Source: a virus. From it: DNA of 30,377 nucleotides. Below, piece by piece: positions 1 to 5,125 of this stretch (positions are counted from its first letter, which is position 1; the number at the start of each line of letters is the position of its first letter). The notes below the pieces were generated by a model. It ran no database searches, was not told the DNA's origin, and saw nothing but the letters and a program-made list of their open reading frames with translations. The stretch is from the IMG/VR virus record IMGVR_UViG_3300022554_000033, one strand, 5' to 3'. The position numbers and the translations under genes are program-made.

Positions 1-127
1 CAGGGGATTCCATCGACAATTTCCCCTGCATATTTAGATGCACTGCCTCTTTCTGTGTCGATCACGGCGATCCTGCCGCCGTTTACCAGCGCGTGGGCGA
101 AGCGCAGCGCCGTATAGGTCTTTCCCG
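1..127. repeat. Terminal direct repeat, copy 1 (identical to 30251..30377); assembly overlap of a circular contig
   Basis: Base-by-base comparison: caggggattccatcgacaat...cgtataggtctttcccg occurs at both window ends with no mismatch. Confidence 0.97.
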
Positions 128-191
128 ATCCCGCCGGTCCATCAATTGTCATTCGCAGCCGGCTCTGTCGTCGTGTAGCTTTTCTAAACAT
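1..191 (-). CDS. Sak4-like (AAA_24) recombination ATPase, 5' end of the gene that continues from 29572..30377 across the circular junction
   Basis: The reverse complement reads (MR)MFRKATRRQSRLRMTIDGPAGSGKTYTALRFAHALVNGGRIAVIDTERGSASKY..., with Walker A GPAGSGKT. The ATG at 191 lies 6 nt after SD AAGGAG (198..203); an alternative ATG is at 197. It overlaps the ERCC4 gene stop by 8 nt (ATGTTTAG). Not in the ORF track because it is cut by the window edge. Confidence 0.8.
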   Translation of the reverse strand, partial: MFRKATRRQSRLRMTIDGPAGSGKTYTALRFAHALVNGGRIAVIDTERGSASKYAGEIVDGIP

Positions 192-942
192 TCTCATCTC
201 CTTGTATGGCTAAAAACAATTCTCCGTTATCCTTGGCAAAGAGCTCCAGGCTCTCGCCGTCTTTCAAACCCAGTGCAGCTCGCACTTTGCGCCGGGTGGC
301 GTTGCCCAACGGACAACCGATATCCAGGTCGGTTATTCCAGATATAGCCACTCCCGCCCTTCCTCCCGCCCAAGCCAGTATCTCCATCGCTCGTTCCACG
401 CCGATCCCGGGCAGCGCCGCCAGGATTGCCGCGCTCGGTCCCAAAACCGACGGTATCCGTGGTGGCAATAGCTTCATCTCGATCTCTCGCTTGCGGTATG
501 CCAGGCGGATAATGCAGGCTTCAAAGTCCTGGTCTCCCCCGCAAAATACTACGAATACCCCCATTTCTTGAATGCTCAGTAATGCTCCTTGCACTGCGTC
601 CCAGTTCCAGCCAGTTTGCCGCTCGGTTATTGCCTTGCCGCCTGGTCCGCGGGAAATCTCTCCAGTGATGACCAAATATGGCCATGTAGTCAGCTTGCCG
701 TTAACCTGCTCGTCTATCCTGGCGTGGCTGATAGCTGCCATCTGCAGAAATAGCCGTTCTTCTCGAAGCGAATTCAGCAGATCATCTGGCGTCTTGCGCT
801 CGATCACCAGCAAGCAGCCGTCATCTGTCAGCGCATGCACGTCGCCGTAATCCAGCAATGTGATTGTTGTAGGTGCACCGCCGAACATTAACCTTTGCAC
901 CCAGTCTGGCTCGCGACTGTCAATCATCACTGCCTGGATCAT
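184..942 (-). CDS. ERCC4 (XPF/Mus81/Hef-type) structure-specific nuclease with C-terminal helix-hairpin-helix
   Basis: Motifs MIDSRE, DYGDV, VIERKTPDDLLNS and RLFLQ match the ERCC4 signature (D-x-RE, GD, ERK-x3-D). LAALPGIGVERAMEIL matches HhH. Confidence 0.8.
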   Translation of the reverse strand: MIQAVMIDSREPDWVQRLMFGGAPTTITLLDYGDVHALTDDGCLLVIERKTPDDLLNSLREERLFLQMAAISHARIDEQVNGKLTTWPYLVITGEISRGPGGKAITERQTGWNWDAVQGALLSIQEMGVFVVFCGGDQDFEACIIRLAYRKREIEMKLLPPRIPSVLGPSAAILAALPGIGVERAMEILAWAGGRAGVAISGITDLDIGCPLGNATRRKVRAALGLKDGESLELFAKDNGELFLAIQGDENV

Positions 943-1039
943 ACGGCGCCTCCCGAAGCCATTTGATAAGGATTGGTAAGAAAATCAGGACGAATAACAG
1001 GTAACTTCCACATAATACTGAGCATATTTTGACAATCAT
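920..1039 (-). CDS. Small hydrophobic ORF (39 aa, single predicted TM), below the ORF-track cutoff
   Basis: Translation is MIVKICSVLCGSYLLFVLIFLPILIKWLREAPYDPGSDD. SD AAAGGAG lies 7 nt upstream of the ATG at 1039. The 3' end overlaps the ERCC4 start. It fills an otherwise empty 210-bp gap. Confidence 0.35.
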   Translation of the reverse strand: MIVKICSVLCGSYLLFVLIFLPILIKWLREAPYDPGSDD

Positions 1040-1052
1040 ATTTGTGCTCCTT

Positions 1053-1086
1053 TGCCTGCCGACCCGGAGGGAAGAGCCGGCAGGCA
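1053..1086 (-). other. Stem-loop (9-bp perfect arms TGCCTGCCG / CGGCAGGCA, 16-nt loop) downstream of the 232-aa gene
   Basis: The inverted repeat is read directly. There is no U-run on either strand, so it is not a canonical intrinsic terminator. Confidence 0.4.
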
Positions 1087-1153
1087 GTAAGGAGAATGGG
1101 CGAGGCGCACCTACGCCGCGCCGTTCGGGGGAAATCCCTGTAAGAGAGAGCGG

Positions 1154-1852
1154 CTAGAACGGCGCGGTCATCTCGGTGATAAGCGCTACGGTTTCAGGCG
1201 AGTCAATCGTGAAATACTTCGCCAGTAGCTTCTGCTCGGCGATCATCGGTGCCAGCTTGGCGCGGATCTTCTCTAAATCTGTCTCGCCTCGGGCTGCGTT
1301 CTGAACATAAAATCTCAAGAATTTGAACGCTGTCTCTTTCTCTTTGCCGTTATCACTGGATGGCGCAGATGACGTCGCCGGTGCATTGCCATTAAATGCC
1401 GCCAGACATTCTTCGCGCGTGTCGTAAATCGCCAAAAAACGCAGTGTAGTGGCGTTCTTGACTTCTCCGTTTTGATTGGTGTATGTCCTGCCGGTGGGCA
1501 CAGTTTCCACCTTGGCGAACTTGCCGTTGATTTCTTGCAGCGTCATTACACCCAGATCGCGCAGGCTGGGTAGCACAATATCTTTCCACTCGCCGAACTC
1601 GGCGAGCATGCGGCGCTCAATCGGCTGTTCGATCTTGCTCTCTTCCAGCGGTGTAAGCAAGAGGTCGATTGCTGTGTAACGCCGCAGAGCGTTGCCTTTT
1701 TCATCCGTTTGGTTTGGGTCATATGGAACTTTGCCAAAACCCTTAACCAACGAACAAGCCCAGGCGTTCACGGAAATTTCTCCGTAATACTCAAAGGCTT
1801 GCTCCGGTGGGTTCATGGCAGCTTCAAATGGATCGTAAGGTTTGGTAGCCAT
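1154..1852 (-). CDS. Hypothetical early protein, 232 aa; possible non-canonical ssDNA-binding protein
   Basis: Long ORF with a near-ideal SD (AAGGAGAA) inside a 27-nt initiation region shared with gene 14018..14404. It has a beta-rich core, an S/A/P-rich linker (APATSSAPSSDNGKEKE) and a C-terminus ending in PF. It sits in the recombination module. Confidence 0.8.
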   Translation of the reverse strand: MATKPYDPFEAAMNPPEQAFEYYGEISVNAWACSLVKGFGKVPYDPNQTDEKGNALRRYTAIDLLLTPLEESKIEQPIERRMLAEFGEWKDIVLPSLRDLGVMTLQEINGKFAKVETVPTGRTYTNQNGEVKNATTLRFLAIYDTREECLAAFNGNAPATSSAPSSDNGKEKETAFKFLRFYVQNAARGETDLEKIRAKLAPMIAEQKLLAKYFTIDSPETVALITEMTAPF

Positions 1853-1871
1853 TCTTGTTTTCTCCTTTTCT

Positions 1872-2078
1872 CTAATCTTGGCTCTTACAGTTGTTAAGTA
1901 AAGTTTGAATTTCTTGCAGCGTAATGGCGACCAGCGCCACGCGTCGGATGATTTCAGTTGTTGTCAGTTGCTCTTCCAGGATTGGCATCATTAGCGTTTG
2001 GCACTTCGTTAGCCTGGCGATTGCGTCCATCCTCGCCCACTCAGCGTTGTTCGGCCAGCGCTTTCGATGCGTAACCAT
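1872..2078 (-). CDS. Hypothetical protein, 68 aa
   Basis: ORF in the operon orientation, packed tightly between neighbours. No recognisable motif. Confidence 0.55.
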   Translation of the reverse strand: MVTHRKRWPNNAEWARMDAIARLTKCQTLMMPILEEQLTTTEIIRRVALVAITLQEIQTLLNNCKSQD

Positions 2079-2113
2079 CCCCGATACTTCCCTCCTCTCT
2101 CCCGATTTGTGAC

Positions 2114-2407
2114 TTAATCTGATTCTGGGATTAGATTTAAAACAATCCCGCCGATTGCCTGCATCTCGTCCAGCAGCGCGGGGATATTTTTGCAGCCGAA
2201 TGGTCCTAGATTTCTACTTAGTATGGAACACATCGCAGCGTCATCGGAGATCCCACGTGTATCGATCACCGGGCAATTTACATGCGGCATCTCGCGGTGC
2301 TGAGTAAGCGCTGTTATGCGTTTGCGCCCGGCAATGATCGCCCAGCTGTCACCGTTGAAAAACGCCACTTGCGCGTTATTGATGATCTCTTCATCGATCA
2401 GTAACAT
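2114..2407 (-). CDS. Hypothetical protein, 97 aa; weak ParB/Srx-like N-terminal domain resemblance
   Basis: The start MLLIDEE at 2407 is supported by SD AGGAG 7 nt upstream and a 10-nt overlap with the HicA-like stop. SWAIIAGRKRITAL loosely resembles the ParB-type (D)G-x-x-R-x-x-A motif. Confidence 0.6.
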   Translation of the reverse strand: MLLIDEEIINNAQVAFFNGDSWAIIAGRKRITALTQHREMPHVNCPVIDTRGISDDAAMCSILSRNLGPFGCKNIPALLDEMQAIGGIVLNLIPESD

Positions 2408-2640
2408 AGGATTGCTCCTACGATAGTTACCGCTAACCCGATGCTGATAAAAATCTTTATGATCTTGCAACGTAAGCCCTTGCCCAGGTCACCCGGATGT
2501 ACTGGCACCACACACGAGCCTTTGCTCGTGCTCACGATAAAGTGCGACCCCTTGCCATTGCGCACAGTTGCCCCATGTTTTAGTGCGTGGTGTAAAAAAT
2601 CATCGCCGTTGCGGCAAGCGTCAAGCCGATTCTTGCTCAT
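2398..2640 (-). CDS. hicA: HicA-like (YcfA family) toxin-domain protein with hydrophobic C-terminal tail
   Basis: FLHHALKHGATVRNGKGSHFIVSTSKGSCVVPVHPGDLGKGLRCKIIKIF matches the HicA pattern (L-x-x-G-x5-GSH...vP-x-H...dL..G....I.K). SD GAGGAG lies 7 nt upstream. The last 16 aa (ISIGLAVTIVGAILCY) are hydrophobic. Confidence 0.7.
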   Translation of the reverse strand: MSKNRLDACRNGDDFLHHALKHGATVRNGKGSHFIVSTSKGSCVVPVHPGDLGKGLRCKIIKIFISIGLAVTIVGAILCY

Positions 2641-2773
2641 CGCTTGTCTCCTCGTGAAAGCCGCCCGCCATCTCCCCGCCTACGTCTTCGGTAAAACGCT
2701 GGATCAAGTCCAGCAATGCTTCCGCCTGGTCGCGGGTCATAAAAACTGTGAAGTCAAAAGAATACTCAGTCAT
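2621..2773 (-). CDS. Small acidic ORF (50 aa), translationally coupled upstream of the HicA-like gene
   Basis: Translation is MTEYSFDFTVFMTRDQAEALLDLIQRFTEDVGGEMAGGFHEETSDEQESA. Its start overlaps the preceding micro-ORF stop (ATGACTGA) and its stop lies 20 nt inside the HicA-like gene. It is below the ORF-track cutoff. Confidence 0.45.
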   Translation of the reverse strand: MTEYSFDFTVFMTRDQAEALLDLIQRFTEDVGGEMAGGFHEETSDEQESA

Positions 2774-2849
2774 TTCGCCCCCAGTCCAGTGCCAGCATCA
2801 ACAGGCTCAGCGCCAGGATGAATACGCCAGATGCGATCCACTCAACCAT
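2766..2849 (-). CDS. Micro-ORF (27 aa) predicted single TM peptide
   Basis: Translation is MVEWIASGVFILALSLLMLALDWGRND. Both ends overlap their neighbours by 8 nt (ATGGTTGA and ATGACTGA). The SD is weak. Confidence 0.3.
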   Translation of the reverse strand: MVEWIASGVFILALSLLMLALDWGRND

Positions 2850-3027
2850 TTTTCGCCTGCTCTTTCTTTTCTTGTTCTTCCCAAAACAGGTCAATTGCCC
2901 GCCTCACGCACTCGCCTTGGGAAATCCCAAGCCGTTTCGCTAAATCGGAAATCCTGGCGATGTGCAGCATACTCAGGGAATAGGTCTTTGTCACCGCATA
3001 TTGCATTTTTGGGTCTTCGTTCTTCAT
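2842..3027 (-). CDS. Ribbon-helix-helix (CopG/Arc-like) DNA-binding protein, Cro-like first gene of the early operon
   Basis: KTYSLSMLHIARISDLAKRLGISQGECVRRAIDLFWEE shows the RHH strand-helix-helix pattern. The ATG at 3027 (MKNEDPK) has SD GAGGT 5 nt upstream. The longer GTG start at 3057 would sit inside the operator palindrome. Confidence 0.75.
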   Translation of the reverse strand: MKNEDPKMQYAVTKTYSLSMLHIARISDLAKRLGISQGECVRRAIDLFWEEQEKKEQAKNG

Positions 3028-3041
3028 AGTTACCTCGGGTT

Positions 3042-3058
3042 GGTGACTATATGTCACC
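3042..3058. promoter_or_regulatory. Operator O1, perfect inverted repeat GGTGAC-N5-GTCACC
   Basis: GGTGACTATATGTCACC is read directly. It lies about +4 to +20 relative to the leftward consensus promoter. Confidence 0.6.
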
Positions 3059-3068
3059 AGATGGTTAC

Positions 3069-3097
3069 ATTATATATCGTTATTGTTAGTTTGTCAA
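3069..3097 (-). promoter_or_regulatory. Early leftward promoter, perfect sigma70/sigmaA consensus
   Basis: The minus strand reads TTGACA-aactaacaataacgata-TATAAT, with a 17-nt spacer counted. It points into the RHH gene. Confidence 0.8.
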
Positions 3098-3102
3098 TGG
3101 CT

Positions 3103-3119
3103 GGCAACAAAATGTCACC
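3103..3119. promoter_or_regulatory. Operator O2, GGCAAC-N5-GTCACC (2 mismatches to O1)
   Basis: Same 6-5-6 geometry as O1. It is immediately upstream of the -35 of the leftward promoter. Confidence 0.5.
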
Positions 3120-3135
3120 CATTGGCTTTTCGGTT

Positions 3136-3152
3136 TGTGACAAACTATCGCC
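3136..3152. promoter_or_regulatory. Operator O3, TGTGAC-N5-ATCGCC (3 mismatches to O1); overlaps palindrome GTTTGT-G-ACAAAC
   Basis: Same 6-5-6 geometry. It is 33 bp centre to centre from O2 and just upstream of the repressor SD. Confidence 0.4.
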
Positions 3153-3166
3153 AGGAGAAAAACGGC

Positions 3167-3565
3167 ATGTTCTCAGAATGGCTTCAAAGGGAGATCAATC
3201 AACGTGGGTGGTCCCAATCAGATTTAGCGCGAAAAGCAGGGATAAAACGTCAAGTAGTTAATCGATACATTAATCAAGAACGATTAACCCCAGATAAAGA
3301 AATTCTCATAGCCATTGCCCGCGCCCTCGACTATCCCCCCGAGGTCGTCCTGCGCGCCGCCGGTATCCTCCCCACTCTCCCCGATTGGCGCTCCGCCGCC
3401 GAAGAAATCCTAGGCTACAAGCTTACTGAGCTCAGTAACTCGCAGATCGAAGAGCTGCTCCAGTATGTCGAGTTTATCCAAAATCGCGACGAGCGTAATC
3501 TCGACCGCCGCACCAGCTACAAAAAACGGGAGGGGGAAACCCCTCCCGAAACGGTTAAGAAATAG
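3167..3565 (+). CDS. XRE-family helix-turn-helix repressor (CI-like), 132 aa
   Basis: GWSQSDLARKAGIKRQVVNRYINQER is a classic XRE HTH. The ATG at 3167 is preceded by AGGAG (3153..3157). It is divergent from the RHH gene across an operator-rich region. Confidence 0.85.
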   Translation: MFSEWLQREINQRGWSQSDLARKAGIKRQVVNRYINQERLTPDKEILIAIARALDYPPEVVLRAAGILPTLPDWRSAAEEILGYKLTELSNSQIEELLQYVEFIQNRDERNLDRRTSYKKREGETPPETVKK

Positions 3566-3588
3566 AACAATTATTCTAAGACGATAAA

Positions 3589-3924
3589 ATGAAACGGTTT
3601 TTTCTAGATCAAGAAGAACTAAATAAAGTTAAGCAAATACGCTTAGCTGGCGACTTAGATCGAGCCGAGAAGATTCTTCTACAGGCCGAGCAGACTCCGG
3701 CTACTTGTGATGAGCTTCGCAAAATTGCATCTATACGCGCGCATGAAGCAAAAAAACAGGGTGATTGGATGAAAGTTATAAACGTCCTTGAAGCATATAA
3801 TCAGCACGCTGCTCGCTGGAAATTGCATTGTTTACATATTGTGAATCAAGAGCCGCCGGAACATACAAAAACAGATCAACGTTTGCTGCATGAAGCAAAA
3901 ACAACATTAAACAACAATAGGTGA
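3589..3924 (+). CDS. Hypothetical protein, 111 aa, AT-rich orphan downstream of the repressor
   Basis: ORF co-oriented with the repressor. No SD and no recognisable motif. Hand-counted 60-nt lines at 3601 and 3781 give 33% and 40% G+C, against 62% at 3361. Confidence 0.55.
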   Translation: MKRFFLDQEELNKVKQIRLAGDLDRAEKILLQAEQTPATCDELRKIASIRAHEAKKQGDWMKVINVLEAYNQHAARWKLHCLHIVNQEPPEHTKTDQRLLHEAKTTLNNNR

Positions 3925-3952
3925 AAGTAATTGCTCTACTGATAAACGCACT

Positions 3953-3963
3953 TTGCATTCCAC
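3953..3963 (+). repeat. 11-bp direct repeat TTGCATTCCAC, left copy (candidate integrase arm-type site)
   Basis: Exact copy at 4099..4109. The pair brackets the tRNA gene. Confidence 0.5.
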
Positions 3964-4017
3964 GCTCCACTATAACCGGTAACGCACACCGCAATCCACT
4001 CCCCACAGCCCAGGGCT

Positions 4018-4090
4018 GCCCCCATCGTCTAGGGGACCAGGACGCAGCCCTTTCAAGGCTAAAACGAGGGTTCGAATCCCTCTGGGGGCA
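4018..4090 (+). tRNA. tRNA-Glu: tRNA-Glu (anticodon TTC), 73 nt, no encoded CCA
   Basis: Cloverleaf folded by eye. The acceptor GCCCCCA/TGGGGGC is 7 bp perfect. The D arm is GTCT...GGAC. The anticodon stem is CAGCC/GGCTA (one C-A mismatch) with loop CTTTCAA. There is a 4-nt variable loop, a T arm GAGGG-TTCGAAT-CCCTC and discriminator A. The layout parallels bacterial tRNA-Glu. Confidence 0.9.
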
Positions 4091-4098
4091 CACGAGCA

Positions 4099-4109
4099 TT
4101 GCATTCCAC
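4099..4109 (+). repeat. 11-bp direct repeat TTGCATTCCAC, right copy
   Basis: Identical to 3953..3963 and 9 nt after the tRNA 3' end. Confidence 0.5.
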
Positions 4110-4135
4110 CTCTTTCAACATGGGATTGTAGTCTG

Positions 4136-4157
4136 CGTTTCAAATTTATGTGAAACG
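4136..4157. promoter_or_regulatory. Inverted repeat CGTTTCA-N8-TGAAACG abutting the integrase SD
   Basis: The 7-bp perfect arms are read directly. The right arm ends at the first G of GGAGG (4157..4161). Confidence 0.35.
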
Positions 4158-4171
4158 GAGGTTGCAATCCT

Positions 4172-5125
4172 ATGCTATTATCCGAAGCCCTGGACGGCTA
4201 CTACCTTAGCCACATTGCTGATGGCTATAGCCCACTGACCATGACAACATATCTATCAGCTCTGCGAATTCTGAGTGGCTTTCTACACGATCCCAATATA
4301 TCAGAAATATCTGAAACAGACTTAAAACGCTTCTTCGGTCACCTGCGCACAAGCTATGCTCCGGAGCATTCTGATAGCGGTCAACTCTCCACGGCTTCCC
4401 TGCATCGCTATTGGAAGGCTATTCGATCTTTTTTCAAGTGGGCAGATGCCAGTTTTGGAGTTGGTCGTCCTGATGCTGCCTTCAAAATGCCTCGTTATGC
4501 AAACAAAGAAATTATCCCCTATTCTGAAAACGACGTTCAAAGACTACTGACCGCTTGCCGGCAATCCCGTCCTATTGCAAAAGCAGGTAAGCGAGAATAT
4601 CATTTCCGGCCTAATACTGCAGAACGAAATATAGCTATATTGCTTTTGTTCTTGGATACCGGCTTGCGCCCAGGAGAGCTTGCTAGGCTCAAAATCGGCG
4701 ATATTGATTTATCCAGCGGAGAAATTCAGGTCAAGCCCTACAGGAGTGGTAAAACTCGTCCCCGTATTGTGATTGCCTCAGCAAAAACCCGCAAAGCCAT
4801 CTGGCGCTACCAGGCTACACGAGGAGAATGTGAAGTGAATCAGCCCGCTTTTTTGACCAATGATGGCTGTGAAATGACTCGTCATACCCTGGGCAGCCTG
4901 GTGGCTAATCTGGGGCGGCGCGCTGGCGTGCCCAATGCTAATCCATATCGTTTTCGTCACACATTTGCTATCGAATATCTTCGCAATGGCGGGGATGTCT
5001 TTACTCTCCAGCGTCTATTGGGTCATGCAACTCTGGAGATGTGCCGCGTCTATCTGCGCCTTGCCCAAACAGATGTGGCGACTGCCCACCGCCGCGCCTC
5101 GCCGGTAGACCGCTGGCGGGTGTGA
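4172..5125 (+). CDS. int: Tyrosine recombinase / phage integrase
   Basis: LDTGLRPGELARL (Arg I), RFRHTFA (H-x-x-R) and LLGHATLEMCRVYLRL (His and catalytic Tyr). There is an N-terminal SAM-like core-binding region. SD GGAGG lies 10 nt upstream. Confidence 0.95.
   Translation: MLLSEALDGYYLSHIADGYSPLTMTTYLSALRILSGFLHDPNISEISETDLKRFFGHLRTSYAPEHSDSGQLSTASLHRYWKAIRSFFKWADASFGVGRPDAAFKMPRYANKEIIPYSENDVQRLLTACRQSRPIAKAGKREYHFRPNTAERNIAILLLFLDTGLRPGELARLKIGDIDLSSGEIQVKPYRSGKTRPRIVIASAKTRKAIWRYQATRGECEVNQPAFLTNDGCEMTRHTLGSLVANLGRRAGVPNANPYRFRHTFAIEYLRNGGDVFTLQRLLGHATLEMCRVYLRLAQTDVATAHRRASPVDRWRV

Noticed and set aside
1-127. Terminal repeat considered as a biological direct terminal repeat, or as LTR/IS ends
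   Set aside because: The length equals a common assembler k-mer (127). The repeat lies inside a single continuous ORF, and there are no inverted ends or transposase. An assembly overlap of a circular contig is the simpler explanation. Read-start analysis would settle it.
3423-3438. Perfect 16-bp palindrome TTACTGAGCTCAGTAA inside the repressor gene
   Set aside because: About 0.5 such palindromes are expected by chance in 30 kb (4^-8 x 3x10^4). It is in coding sequence and no partner sites were found.
3776-4238. Three track ORFs (3776..4099 minus, 3921..4238 plus, 3970..4167 minus) covering the tRNA region
   Set aside because: They overlap a well-folding tRNA-Glu and each other, have no SD and give odd compositions. 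They are shadow ORFs.
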